Source: Ignavibacteriota bacterium (lineage in GTDB: Bacteria; Bacteroidota; Ignavibacteria; UBA10030; UBA6906). Taken from it: DNA of 64,000 nucleotides. The stretch lies in NCBI GenBank assembly GCA_963801355.1, contig CAWDEM010000004.1:416001-480000 (forward strand), given 5' to 3'. The position numbers were made by a program, and so were the translations under genes. Shown here piece by piece: positions 10,766 through 21,089 of this stretch (the first letter of the stretch is position 1; each line of letters starts with the position of its first letter). The notes under the pieces are model-generated. The model saw nothing but the letters and a program-made list of their open reading frames with translations, had not been told where the DNA came from and ran no database searches.

Positions 10766-12526
10766 ATGAAGTCGCTTCTCAGACTCCGTCCGTATCTCGC
10801 GCGGTACAAGAAACTTCTGTTCTGGGGTCTTGCGACCGTCGTGATGAGCAATATCTTCGGTGTCGTGCAGCCTCTCGTTGTGGGGTACGCAATTGACGAG
10901 CTGAAGGCGGGCATCGAGGCGCACCGGTTCACCTCCGGACATCTGCTGCTCTACGCCGGTCTCGTCGTGGGATTCTCGCTTGTGGCGGGATCCTTCACTT
11001 TCCTGACCCGCCAGACCATCATTGTGGTGTCGCGGCATATCGAATTCGACCTCCGTAACGATTTCCTTACCCACATACAGAAGCTCCATCTGGCGTTTTT
11101 CCAGAACACCCCCACCGGGGATTTGATGGCGCACGCAACAAACGACATCAGTGCCGTGCGCAATGTGCTGGGACCGGGCATTATGTATCCGACCGACACC
11201 TTCATGACTCTCATTATGGTGCTCAGCATCATGCTGGTCAAAGACTGGCAACTGACACTCCTGGCGCTGGTGCCGTTCCCGTTTGTGTCGGTGGGTGTCT
11301 ACTTTCTGGGGAAGTGGGTGAACAAGATATTTAAGGACCGGCAGGAGACGTATGCGAAGCTGACGACGCGTGCCCAGGAAAGCCTGTCCGGCATCCGGGT
11401 GATCAAAGCATACGTTCGCGAGGACTACGAGACGAAGATGTTCCGGAAGTTGTCGTGGGACTATCTGAAGAAGAACCTCGTGCTCGCCCGTGTGCAATCG
11501 GTGATGTGGCCGCTGATGTTCATCCTGGTTGGTTTTTCGATGGTCCTGACGCTGTACTTCGGCGGCCTCCGCGTGATCGAAGGAAAGCTGAGCATCGGAT
11601 CGCTCACCGCGTTTTTTGTATATCTGATGATGCTGATCTGGCCGATGATTGCGTTCGGTTGGGTGATCAACATCTTGCAGCAGGGCGCCGCATCGATGGC
11701 ACGTCTGGTGAAAATCCTGGATACGCCTCCGGCAATCAGCGACATCACCGCCACAAACCGCGCCATCACCGTGTTGCACGGTGCCATAGAATTCCGCAAC
11801 GTGTCGTTCCGCTATAGTCCGTCAGCCCCCTATGTCCTGAACGATGTGTCGCTCACCATTCCTGCCGGCACAACACTCGCGGTAGTCGGATACACCGGTT
11901 CCGGCAAGAGCACGCTGGTGAATCTCATTCCCCGGCTGTACGATCCCACGCAAGGGAGCGTGCTGATCGACGGTACGGATATCCGCACTATTCCCCTGAC
12001 CGTGTTGCGGCAGAGCATCGGGTACGTTCCACAGGAGACGTTTCTGTTCTCGGAGTCGATCGCCGACAATATCGGATACGGTGCCGATCACCTTTCGGAC
12101 GGAGCAATTTCCCGGGCGGCGGACACTGCGCAACTGGCGAAGGATGTGGCGGAGTTTCCGAAAGGATTCCAGACAATGCTCGGTGAGCGCGGGATCACGC
12201 TCTCGGGTGGCCAGAAACAACGGGCCGGCATTGCGCGCGCGGTGGTGCTTGAACCGAAGATCCTTATTCTCGACGATGCGCTGTCCGCCGTCGATACCGT
12301 CACCGAGGAAGAGATTTTGAAGCGCCTGCGCGGGGTCATGCGTGACCGTACGAGCATCATTATCAGTCATCGTATCTCGACAGTCAAAAATGCCGACAGG
12401 ATCGTCGTGCTCATGGATGGACGGATCGCCGAAAGCGGGACGCACGAGGAGCTCGTTGCACTCGGCGGCATCTATGCGGAATTGCACCGGAAACAGTTAT
12501 TGGAAGAAGAGATCGCACACCTCTAA
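10766..12526 (+). CDS. ABC exporter, fused TMD-NBD (heterodimer subunit A)
   Basis: Multiple TM helices, GYTGSGKS, LSGGQKQ, LILDD. Confidence 0.92.
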   Translation: MKSLLRLRPYLARYKKLLFWGLATVVMSNIFGVVQPLVVGYAIDELKAGIEAHRFTSGHLLLYAGLVVGFSLVAGSFTFLTRQTIIVVSRHIEFDLRNDFLTHIQKLHLAFFQNTPTGDLMAHATNDISAVRNVLGPGIMYPTDTFMTLIMVLSIMLVKDWQLTLLALVPFPFVSVGVYFLGKWVNKIFKDRQETYAKLTTRAQESLSGIRVIKAYVREDYETKMFRKLSWDYLKKNLVLARVQSVMWPLMFILVGFSMVLTLYFGGLRVIEGKLSIGSLTAFFVYLMMLIWPMIAFGWVINILQQGAASMARLVKILDTPPAISDITATNRAITVLHGAIEFRNVSFRYSPSAPYVLNDVSLTIPAGTTLAVVGYTGSGKSTLVNLIPRLYDPTQGSVLIDGTDIRTIPLTVLRQSIGYVPQETFLFSESIADNIGYGADHLSDGAISRAADTAQLAKDVAEFPKGFQTMLGERGITLSGGQKQRAGIARAVVLEPKILILDDALSAVDTVTEEEILKRLRGVMRDRTSIIISHRISTVKNADRIVVLMDGRIAESGTHEELVALGGIYAELHRKQLLEEEIAHL

Positions 12527-14322
12527 TGCACGAAGAAGAGTCCCTGGGGAAAGCATATGACGGCGCCCTGATGCGGCGCCTGCTGCGGTATCTCAAACCG
12601 TACGCCTGGTATGTCGTTGCCGGCATTATGCTCAGCATTCTGGTCTCGGCGATGGAAGCCATCCGTCCGTATTTTGTGAAGATCGCGGTGGATGAAAATA
12701 TCGCCCAGAAGGATGCGCAAGGCCTTCTCAGGACCATACTTCTCTTCGCAGCGGTCATGTTCGGGCGGGGGGTGATTCAGTATGCGAACGGCTATCTGAC
12801 ACAGTGGATCGGCCAGCGGACGATTTTTGACCTGAGGATGGAAGTGTTCGAGCACCTCCAGCGGCTGGGCTTGCGGTTCTTTGACCGGAATCCCATTGGC
12901 AGGCTCATCACCCGTGTCACCAATGATATCGAAGTGCTGAACGAAATGTTCTCGTCGGGGATCGTGATGGTGTTCAGTGACATCTTTACGATCATCGGCA
13001 TCTTGTACTTCATGTTCGCGATGAACTGGGAGCTTGCGCTGGTTTCGCTGAGCGTGCTTCCCCTGCTGTTCTACGGCACATTCCTCTTCAGAAAGAAGGC
13101 CCGTGAGGCGTACCGGGAGGTGCGGATCTTCATTGCGCGCATCAATGCGTTCATGCAGGAGCACATCACCGGGATGATGGTGGACCAGGTCTTCAACCGC
13201 GAGCCGAAAGCATTCGCACAGTTCCGTGCGATCAACGCGGATCACCGCGACGCCAACATCAAATCCATCTTTTATTATGCGCTCTTCTATCCCGGTGTCG
13301 ACCTGATCGGCGCAATTGCCGTCGGGTTGATCATCTGGTATGCCGGTGCAAATGCTCTGGGCGGCACGATGACCGTGGGAACGGTCATTGCGTTTCTGCA
13401 GTTTAACGAGATGTTCTGGCGGCCGATCCGCGACCTGTCAGAGAAATACAATATCATGCAGACGGCCATGGCCAGCTCGGAACGTGTCTTCCGTTTGCTG
13501 GATGACCGGACAATGATTCTGGATAGGTCTGACGCGGTGGCCCTGCCGTCGGTACGCGGAGATATCACGTTCAACAACGTCTGGTTTTCGTACACACCGG
13601 CCGGGGACGGAGCGGAACCCGAGTGGGTGCTCCGGGATCTGTCGTTTTCCATCCGCGCAGGTGAAACGGTAGCCATCGTCGGCCACACCGGTGCCGGCAA
13701 GACCACAATCATCAGTCTCCTCGCGCGCTTTTATGACATCCAAAGGGGGGAAATCCTCGTGGATGGGGTGGATATCCGCACGGTGAAGCAGGCGGATTTG
13801 CGGCGCCATATGGCGGTGGTGCTGCAGGACGTGTTTTTGTTCTCCGGCGACGTCGCCACAAACATCGGCCTGGGGAACGACGCCATCCCCGAAGAGCGCA
13901 TCCGCGCCGCCGCGCGGGTTGTGGGTGCCCACCGGTTCATTGAACAGCTTCCCGACACCTATCACGGTGAAGTGAAGGAACGCGGCGCAACACTGTCGGT
14001 AGGCCAGAAACAGCTGATCTCGTTCGCGCGCGCTCTCGCAGTACATCCCCGCATCCTGGTTCTCGACGAAGCCACCTCCAGCGTCGACACGGAGACGGAA
14101 ATCCTTATCCAGCAGGCGATTCGGAAGCTGCTCCGGGGGCGGACGTCGATTGTGATCGCGCACCGCCTCTCCACTATTCAATCGGCCGACAAAATTATCG
14201 TGATGCACAAAGGCGAGCTCCGGGAGGTCGGAACACATCAGGAGCTCCTCGCTCTCGGCGGCCTCTACTACCGCCTGTACCAGCTCCAGTACAAGGACCA
14301 GGAACTGGTGCGGCCCCGCTGA
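12526..14322 (+). CDS. ABC exporter, fused TMD-NBD (heterodimer subunit B)
   Basis: GHTGAGKT, LSVGQKQ, LVLDEAT; overlaps the preceding stop by one base. Confidence 0.92.
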   Translation: MHEEESLGKAYDGALMRRLLRYLKPYAWYVVAGIMLSILVSAMEAIRPYFVKIAVDENIAQKDAQGLLRTILLFAAVMFGRGVIQYANGYLTQWIGQRTIFDLRMEVFEHLQRLGLRFFDRNPIGRLITRVTNDIEVLNEMFSSGIVMVFSDIFTIIGILYFMFAMNWELALVSLSVLPLLFYGTFLFRKKAREAYREVRIFIARINAFMQEHITGMMVDQVFNREPKAFAQFRAINADHRDANIKSIFYYALFYPGVDLIGAIAVGLIIWYAGANALGGTMTVGTVIAFLQFNEMFWRPIRDLSEKYNIMQTAMASSERVFRLLDDRTMILDRSDAVALPSVRGDITFNNVWFSYTPAGDGAEPEWVLRDLSFSIRAGETVAIVGHTGAGKTTIISLLARFYDIQRGEILVDGVDIRTVKQADLRRHMAVVLQDVFLFSGDVATNIGLGNDAIPEERIRAAARVVGAHRFIEQLPDTYHGEVKERGATLSVGQKQLISFARALAVHPRILVLDEATSSVDTETEILIQQAIRKLLRGRTSIVIAHRLSTIQSADKIIVMHKGELREVGTHQELLALGGLYYRLYQLQYKDQELVRPR

Positions 14323-14367
14323 GTCGCGCACAACATCCAGACACTGGCGTCATGGAGGACTCTAAAC

Positions 14368-15390
14368 GTGATCCCGCCAACCCCCTTCCACCAGAAGTTC
14401 ATGACCCTGGAACGCCATATCATCGAAGGCGAACGCAGTCACCCTGGGGCGACCGGCGAATTGTCCGGCCTCCTCACCGGTCTGCTCATTGCCACCAAGC
14501 TCGTGTGGCGCGAGGTCACCAAAGCGGGACTCGTGAATATTCTGGGTGCGACCGATCGGATGAACATCAGCGGCGACATCGTCAAGAAGCTGGACGATTT
14601 CGCCGATCAGACGATCTACAGGTGCATGGATCACCTGGGTCATCTCTGCGTCATGGCCTCCGAGGAGAACGAGGACCTGCTGCACATCCCTGCGAACTAT
14701 CCCAACGGAAAGTACGTGCTTCTCTACGATCCGCTGGATGGATCGGGGAACATCGATGCCAATATCACCATCGGATCCATTTTCTCCGTGTATCAGCGTG
14801 TGACGGCATCCGGGCCGGGAACCATGCAGGACGTCCTGCAGCCGGGACACCGGCAGGTGGCGGCGGGCTATGCTCTGTTCGGTTCGAGCATGATGTTCGT
14901 GTACACCACCGGTCACGGAGTGCATGGCTTCACCCTTGATCCGAGTGTCGGAGAATTTCTCCTTTCGCACGAAAATATTCGGATTCCGAAAAAGGGGTCC
15001 ATCTATAGCACCAATGAGGGGAACTTCTCCCGCTGGACACCGGGTATGCAACGATACCTTCAGTATCTCAAACAGGAAGACGCTGCAACGAATCGTCCAT
15101 ATTCCGCGCGGTATGTCGGGTCGATGGTGGCTGACGTGCACAGAACCCTGCTGTACGGCGGCATCTACTGCTATCCCGGAGACACCAAGAATGCACAGGG
15201 GAAGCTCCGCCTGATGTATGAGAACAACCCTCTTGCATTTCTCGTCGAGCAGGCAGGGGGATCCGCCATTGACGGATCCGGAAGAATCCTGGATGTGGTG
15301 CCCGAATCACTGCACGAGCGCTGTCCGTTGTTTATTGGCAGCGAGGAAGATGTCCGATGCGCCCAGGAGTTCCTGGCAGGGAAGCGTTAA
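14368..15390 (+). CDS. fbp: Fructose-1,6-bisphosphatase class I
   Basis: KKLD, ASEE, DPLDGSGNID, RYVGSMVAD, KLRLMYE. Confidence 0.95.
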   Translation: MIPPTPFHQKFMTLERHIIEGERSHPGATGELSGLLTGLLIATKLVWREVTKAGLVNILGATDRMNISGDIVKKLDDFADQTIYRCMDHLGHLCVMASEENEDLLHIPANYPNGKYVLLYDPLDGSGNIDANITIGSIFSVYQRVTASGPGTMQDVLQPGHRQVAAGYALFGSSMMFVYTTGHGVHGFTLDPSVGEFLLSHENIRIPKKGSIYSTNEGNFSRWTPGMQRYLQYLKQEDAATNRPYSARYVGSMVADVHRTLLYGGIYCYPGDTKNAQGKLRLMYENNPLAFLVEQAGGSAIDGSGRILDVVPESLHERCPLFIGSEEDVRCAQEFLAGKR

Positions 15391-15403
15391 CAGCGTAGGA
15401 AAC

Positions 15404-15443
15404 GAAAAGCCCCGCTGCCGGTTGATCGGCGGCGGGGCTTTCG
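15404..15443. terminator. Bidirectional intrinsic terminator
   Basis: AAAGCCCCGCTGCCG...CGGCGGCGGGGCTTT hairpin between convergent genes. Confidence 0.8.
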
Positions 15444-15467
15444 TGTGTACAGAGGGGATGACGAGGA

Positions 15468-16184
15468 TTATTTCATCCGCGCAAGCTTGTCCTTGGCCTT
15501 GTCCACCAGCGGACTGGTAGGGAAATCTGATATAACTTTCTCGTACGCTTCCTTTGCCGCCGCGCTGTTACCCAGGAGGGCTTCACAATTGCCGGCCATC
15601 AGCGTAGCGTCGGCCTTTTTTTCGGACCGTGGGAGGCCAAGCACGAGTTTGAATTGCTTGAGTGCGGTATTGTAATCCTTCATGCCGTAGTAGGACTCGC
15701 CGATCCAATACTGGCAGTTGTCGGCTAATTTCGGTTCCACGTCGCTATTGAGAAGTGCTTCCATGTCCGCGATGGCACCCTGGAAATCCCTCGCATTGAA
15801 CTTCGAGAGGGCGGCATCGTACCCGGATCCGGATGACGAACTTGTAGAGGTTGGTGCTGGAGCAGGGGTTGCGACTTTTGCTGTGGCGGCTGCTGGTGCC
15901 GCGAGGGCATCATTCAATTTGGTCTCCAATTCGGCATTCCGCGCGGTCAGCTGGCGGTTCTCTGCGGCAACGGCCTCGAGCTGATCCCGGGTCCGGTTGT
16001 TCTCATTCTTGAGACTGTCGATTCGATACTCGAGCATCGAGATCGGTGTCACCGCAGGCTGGTCGGTCCACTCTTCCATTGATTCCTCAGAAGACCCGCA
16101 TCCGGCCACGGTCAATGCAAACAGCATGACGAGGATGGGGACGAGTCCGTTCATGCCACGAAGACGGAGCGCGTTGCAGCTCAT
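15468..16184 (-). CDS. Tol-Pal YbgF/CpoB-like TPR lipoprotein
   Basis: Lipobox VAGC, coiled coil, ADNCQYWIGESYY TPR, FPTS; strong RBS. Confidence 0.8.
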   Translation of the reverse strand: MSCNALRLRGMNGLVPILVMLFALTVAGCGSSEESMEEWTDQPAVTPISMLEYRIDSLKNENNRTRDQLEAVAAENRQLTARNAELETKLNDALAAPAAATAKVATPAPAPTSTSSSSGSGYDAALSKFNARDFQGAIADMEALLNSDVEPKLADNCQYWIGESYYGMKDYNTALKQFKLVLGLPRSEKKADATLMAGNCEALLGNSAAAKEAYEKVISDFPTSPLVDKAKDKLARMK

Positions 16185-16254
16185 GAGACTTCCTCCTTGG
16201 TAAAGGGATGGGATAATCAGCGATTGGCTAATGTATCAAAAGGGGGGTGCAATG

Positions 16255-17190
16255 TCAAGCTGCGCCACGACTTAGCTGCTGCGCGCGCCGGGCCAGCCGG
16301 CGTGCAACCGCGGCAACGATTCTATCAGGAACCCCATCGACATGGAATGACTGCAACCGCATATCACAAACCTCGTTCACGTAATCCACCGCCACAAACC
16401 TGCGGGCATCAGTAATGGCAATCTCCGTGGAAAAAAAATCCAGCCCGCACACGGACGCAACGATGCGGGTAACGTTGTTCAGCTCAATGAGTTCCCACCG
16501 GCGCTGTTCTGATGAAGTGACTCCGGCGTAGATATGAGTGCCGGGATCCCACCAGCACGGAATGATCATTCCGCATACGCCGAACACGCGGAACCAACTT
16601 TTCCGGCCATCGAGCACCGATGGCCGGATCTCTTCCTGCAGCAGGTATTTGTCGTTCTTGTGGTGCTGCCGGGAATCGATGACATCCTTGAGCGTTTCCG
16701 CACCGAGAATGACACCCACGCCACCACCGGTGGTATTCGCCGGTTTGATGATAAACGGCCGGCCGAGGCGTGCGAGTTCGCTGAGTGTCAGTTCCACCTC
16801 GCGCTTCTTGTTGAAAGGCGACACGATGATGGTGTACGGGACCTGAATTCCCGCCGTAATGAACTCGAGGTGCATGGACGCTTTGTCCGATGCGTGGCGG
16901 ACTGCTTCGGGGGGGTTCAGGTACTTTGCGCCGTGGCGTGCCAACGTCCGCATCAAGGGCGCAAAATGTTCGTCGGTCTCCGCTGTGCGGTCAAGCAAGA
17001 CCTCCAGGCGCAACCGTCCCTGCTGGATGGCATGGAGGGTCTCGTCGCAGTTGTGATGAGAAATCGAGTAGGTGCGCAACCCGAGCGCCTGTGCCGACGA
17101 TTCGAGCAAGCGCACAAATTCCCGGTCGTGCTCCCAATCCCACGCGATAGCAAAGTCAATGCGTTGTGGTGTGGTCCGGGAAGGGTCCAT
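16255..17190 (-). CDS. ATP-grasp fold hypothetical protein
   Basis: DKASMH, PFIIKPA..GGGVGV, YLLQEEI, DFFSTE, VDYVN. Confidence 0.7.
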   Translation of the reverse strand: MDPSRTTPQRIDFAIAWDWEHDREFVRLLESSAQALGLRTYSISHHNCDETLHAIQQGRLRLEVLLDRTAETDEHFAPLMRTLARHGAKYLNPPEAVRHASDKASMHLEFITAGIQVPYTIIVSPFNKKREVELTLSELARLGRPFIIKPANTTGGGVGVILGAETLKDVIDSRQHHKNDKYLLQEEIRPSVLDGRKSWFRVFGVCGMIIPCWWDPGTHIYAGVTSSEQRRWELIELNNVTRIVASVCGLDFFSTEIAITDARRFVAVDYVNEVCDMRLQSFHVDGVPDRIVAAVARRLARRAQQLSRGAA

Positions 17191-17317
17191 GACCCAATTC
17201 TACAGAATATTGCAGTCTGATGCCACTAGCCCGGTAACCGGCCGCCTCTCCGGCTTGTTATTCATAGGGGTAATGGGTATATTTTTTGCTACGATGAAGT
17301 GTAGGAGATTGTAGGCT

Positions 17318-19039
17318 ATGAAGTTAGCACTGTATGTCGCTGCAGCTCTTGTTGCCGTTCTTGGGGCTGGTTGTGGCTCCGGGAGTGAGGGGGTGTTGGA
17401 GGCCAGGGCGCCGGGCTTGGCGCAGCGCATTTCGGGCACCGATTCCGCCCGGCAATTGGCAATGCAGCATTTTGTGGATGGTTCCATCGAGGAAGTCAAG
17501 GGCAATTTTGCGAAAGCGGTTCTTGAGTTCCAGGATGCGCTCCGCTATGACCAGGATCCCGCCATTTACTATGCTCTTTCGAAGAATTATTCACTTCTGG
17601 GCAAGCACACCTCTGCCATTGAAAATGCACGCGAGGCGGTCAAACGTGCACCGGATGAACTGACCTATCGCCGCAACCTTGCCGAAATCTATGCGATGGC
17701 GTTTGAATACGATGCTGCGGCCGGCCAATTCGAGGAAATCATCAGCCGCGATTCCTCACAGATTGAGGCGTGGTACAGTCTTGCACGACTGTGTCAGCCG
17801 CGGAAACCGTTGCGCGCACTCGAGGTGTACGGGCAGATACTCCATCGTTTCGGTCCGGACTGGGATGTGCTGTTGCAGGTTGCCGATATCAACAACAAGC
17901 TGGGCCATTATGACAAGGCGGCCGATGCGCTGCGCGAGATGTCGCTGATCGATCCGGCCAATAAAGCACTGAAGCAGAGTCTTGCCCAGACCTACGCGCG
18001 CGCCGAGAAGTACGATTCGTCCCTCGCGGTATACGAAGAACTCCGCGAACTGAATCCGGAGGATATGGATGTTTTGGCGGAAATGGCCGGGGTCCGGCTC
18101 GTTCGCGGAGAATCCGCTAAGGCGACGGAAGAATTTGAAAAAATCCTGAGTCGCGACTCGGTTGCCGTCGACGTCAAACTCCGTATCGGCGAGATGTATT
18201 TTGGACAGCTCGGGAAGGACTCGACGCTGGCGCCGCTCACCAGGAGAGTGTTCGAGCGGATTGCGGCGAGCCATCCGGAAGATTGGCGTCCGTTCTGGTT
18301 CCTCGGTGCAGTCGGCTCCATGATGCACGACGATTCTGTAGCTGTGAAGAACTTCCGACGCGTCACTGAACTGGCAGGCTGGAATGCCGACGCGTGGGTG
18401 TATCTCTCTTCGGTGTTCCTCGGCAAGAACAATTTTGAAGAAGTTGCCGCAATTCTCGAATCCGCCGTGCGCATAGTGCCGGACGACTACCGCGTCAATT
18501 TCTTTCTCGGGATCTCCTACAGCAGGATGGGCCGTCCTCTCGATGCAGCGCGTGTCCTCGAACGCGCTCGCCAGATCAATCCCAAAGAAGTAGATGCGGT
18601 GGCGCAGCTTGCACTCGTCTATGACGGCATAAGCCGGTTCGAAGAGTCCGACGCGTTGTATGAAGAAGCCCTGCGCCTGGAACCTGCCAATGCGCTGGTC
18701 CTGAATAACTATGCGTACAGCCTCGCGGAACGGAATATCCACCTGGACCGCGCACTTGAGATGTCCCGCAAGGCTGTCGACGCCGATCCCGGGAACACGT
18801 CATATCTTGATACCATCGGCTGGATCTACTACCGCCTGGGGAATTACAAGGAAGCCGAGCGCTACGTCAAGGAAGCGATCGGCAAAGGTGAAGTCAACGC
18901 AGTGGTGTACGAGCATCTTGGCGATATCTACTTCCAGCTCGACCAGAAAGATCTGGCAATCGAGCAATGGAATCTTGCCTTGAAGCTCGACACCAACAAC
19001 GCTGCGCTGCGTGACAAGATTGCCCGCGGGTCGCTCTGA
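17318..19039 (+). CDS. TPR repeat lipoprotein
   Basis: Lipobox GAGC, many TPRs, VLNNYAYSLA / YLDTIGWIYY. Confidence 0.88.
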   Translation: MKLALYVAAALVAVLGAGCGSGSEGVLEARAPGLAQRISGTDSARQLAMQHFVDGSIEEVKGNFAKAVLEFQDALRYDQDPAIYYALSKNYSLLGKHTSAIENAREAVKRAPDELTYRRNLAEIYAMAFEYDAAAGQFEEIISRDSSQIEAWYSLARLCQPRKPLRALEVYGQILHRFGPDWDVLLQVADINNKLGHYDKAADALREMSLIDPANKALKQSLAQTYARAEKYDSSLAVYEELRELNPEDMDVLAEMAGVRLVRGESAKATEEFEKILSRDSVAVDVKLRIGEMYFGQLGKDSTLAPLTRRVFERIAASHPEDWRPFWFLGAVGSMMHDDSVAVKNFRRVTELAGWNADAWVYLSSVFLGKNNFEEVAAILESAVRIVPDDYRVNFFLGISYSRMGRPLDAARVLERARQINPKEVDAVAQLALVYDGISRFEESDALYEEALRLEPANALVLNNYAYSLAERNIHLDRALEMSRKAVDADPGNTSYLDTIGWIYYRLGNYKEAERYVKEAIGKGEVNAVVYEHLGDIYFQLDQKDLAIEQWNLALKLDTNNAALRDKIARGSL

Positions 19040-19812
19040 TGAGGGGCCCGGGCGCTGGTGTTCTGCTCTCCCTCGCCCTGATGCTTCCCGCCTGTGCACC
19101 GACGCGGGAGGCACTTCTGCTGGATGTGGAACGGCTTCCCTTCGATGAACTTATGGCGATTGTGCGTGCAGAGGAAACGGTGTTGAGTTCATTTACCGGA
19201 CGCGGGTCGGTGGCTTTCGACTCTCCCGAGCTGAGCGGGTCTGTGTTCTTCGCCGTCGCCCTGCGCAATCGCGACTCGATGCTGGTGCGGTTTGAAGGGC
19301 CGTTCGGCCTCGACGCGGGCTTCCTGTTCGCCGACAGAGAGCGGTTCGTTCTCTACAACGCGATGGAAAATTGGTACGCTGAGGGATTCACGAGCAGCAC
19401 CGGCATCCGTTCGGTGCTCCCGATCGACCTCTCGTTCGACCAGTTGATTGACGCCTTCACCGGTACGTTTCGTCTGCCATCCGGCCGCCGGCCGGCGCGC
19501 TACGTGGTCGATGATGATCGGTTTCTCCTTGTGTTCCCACGGGAGAGTGATTCCGCGATGTACTGGATTGACCCAGCTTTGCGAGCGGTGACGCGGTACT
19601 GCCTTGCGCACGGAGACTCCTCTCTGGTGGACGTGTCGATGGATCGTTGGACGGGGGATGCCGGCGCGACCATGCCGCACAGTATCACTATGACGTTCCC
19701 GCTCTCATCCCGCGGCGTGTCGGTGTTCTACTCTTCTCTTGCGGTGAACCCGTCTGAGGTTTCACTCTCCTACACCATTCCCGCCCGTGCCCGGCGGCGC
19801 ACGCTGCGGTAA
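19039..19812 (+). CDS. DUF4292-like (LolB-like) lipoprotein
   Basis: Lipobox PAC; lies between TPR and EnvC genes, a conserved arrangement in this group. Confidence 0.65.
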   Translation: MRGPGAGVLLSLALMLPACAPTREALLLDVERLPFDELMAIVRAEETVLSSFTGRGSVAFDSPELSGSVFFAVALRNRDSMLVRFEGPFGLDAGFLFADRERFVLYNAMENWYAEGFTSSTGIRSVLPIDLSFDQLIDAFTGTFRLPSGRRPARYVVDDDRFLLVFPRESDSAMYWIDPALRAVTRYCLAHGDSSLVDVSMDRWTGDAGATMPHSITMTFPLSSRGVSVFYSSLAVNPSEVSLSYTIPARARRRTLR

Positions 19813-19828
19813 ACGTTCGGGAAGACCT

Positions 19829-21073
19829 ATGACCGCCCGCCGAACCTGGCCCTGTTCACCAAACTTCTTCCGAGCCCTTCTGGTCGCCGGTCTGAGTGCG
19901 ATTGTTCTCGTCTGCTGGCCTTCGGGTGGACCGCTCGTTGCGCAGGAAGAAATCCACCGACGTCTGGAAGCCCTGGACGCTCTCAGAACAAAAATCCGCG
20001 CGCTGGAAGAGAAGAGCAAGGTGCAGCAGAAAAATGAAAGCGAAGCCCTCGAACTTGTCGACACGTATGACCGCAAGGCATCGCTTCTCCGTCAGTTGAT
20101 CAGCAGGTTGAAGGCGGAGGAACGAAAACTGCAGGTGTCGATTGACACAACCCGCGTTACACTGCAAACGCTTGATCATCAGCTCGCATTCTTGAAGGAC
20201 CATTACGCCCGGTACGTCCGTTCCATTTATCGATCCGGGAGGTACCTCGATGTGGAACTCCTGTTGACCGCTGCGTCGTGGAACCAGTTCGCAATCAGGA
20301 GCGAGTATCTACGGCGATTCACCGATCAACGCCGTCGGGATGCCAAACAGATCGCGGCCAAGACGCGGCAGGTTGAGTCATCACAGTCCCGTGCCCAGAG
20401 ACAGTTGAATGAGGAGCGGAGGCTGATTGCCGAGAAGGGTGCGGAGGAAGACCGCCTTGCGTCCCTCGCCGCGGAGCGGAGAGAAGTCCTGCGCCGTATT
20501 CAGAAAGACAAGAAACTGCTCGGCCAGCAGATACAGCGCCAGTTGCGTGCTGCGCGTGAAATGGAACAGATGATCGCCGATCTCGTCGAGAAGGACCGCA
20601 TCAAGAAGGAGAAGGTTGAGGTCGACCACAAACTCCCCCGGCTGCCCCAGCCACCGGGCATCGGTGAAGAGTTCGTCGAGCGTAAGGGGAACCTGCGCTG
20701 GCCCGTCAGTGCCGGCAGCATTGTGGCACGCTTCGGGCCCCAGCAACACCCCACACTGCGGACGGTGACGTACAACACCGGGATCGATATCGCTGTCGAC
20801 GCCGGAACACCGGTCAGTGCCGTAGCCGGCGGGGAAGTGGCGACGATCAACTGGCTGCCGGGGTATGGGAACCTCATTATCCTCAACCACCAGAACGGGT
20901 ATCGCACTGTCTACACGCATCTGGGAGAAATATCGGTTGTGCAGGGCCAGAGGGTTGCAGAAGGCGCGCTGATTGGCACCAGTGGTGACTCGCTCGACGG
21001 ACCGCGGCTGCACTTTGAGTTATGGAAGGACCGGGAAAAACAGAATCCCGAACTCTGGCTCAGCCGTCACTAG
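19829..21073 (+). CDS. envC: Murein hydrolase activator EnvC / M23 family
   Basis: Long coiled coil, WPV, NTGIDI, GYGNLIILNH, YTHL, LHFELW. Confidence 0.85.
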   Translation: MTARRTWPCSPNFFRALLVAGLSAIVLVCWPSGGPLVAQEEIHRRLEALDALRTKIRALEEKSKVQQKNESEALELVDTYDRKASLLRQLISRLKAEERKLQVSIDTTRVTLQTLDHQLAFLKDHYARYVRSIYRSGRYLDVELLLTAASWNQFAIRSEYLRRFTDQRRRDAKQIAAKTRQVESSQSRAQRQLNEERRLIAEKGAEEDRLASLAAERREVLRRIQKDKKLLGQQIQRQLRAAREMEQMIADLVEKDRIKKEKVEVDHKLPRLPQPPGIGEEFVERKGNLRWPVSAGSIVARFGPQQHPTLRTVTYNTGIDIAVDAGTPVSAVAGGEVATINWLPGYGNLIILNHQNGYRTVYTHLGEISVVQGQRVAEGALIGTSGDSLDGPRLHFELWKDREKQNPELWLSRH

Positions 21074-21089
21074 GAGACAGAACAGTCTC

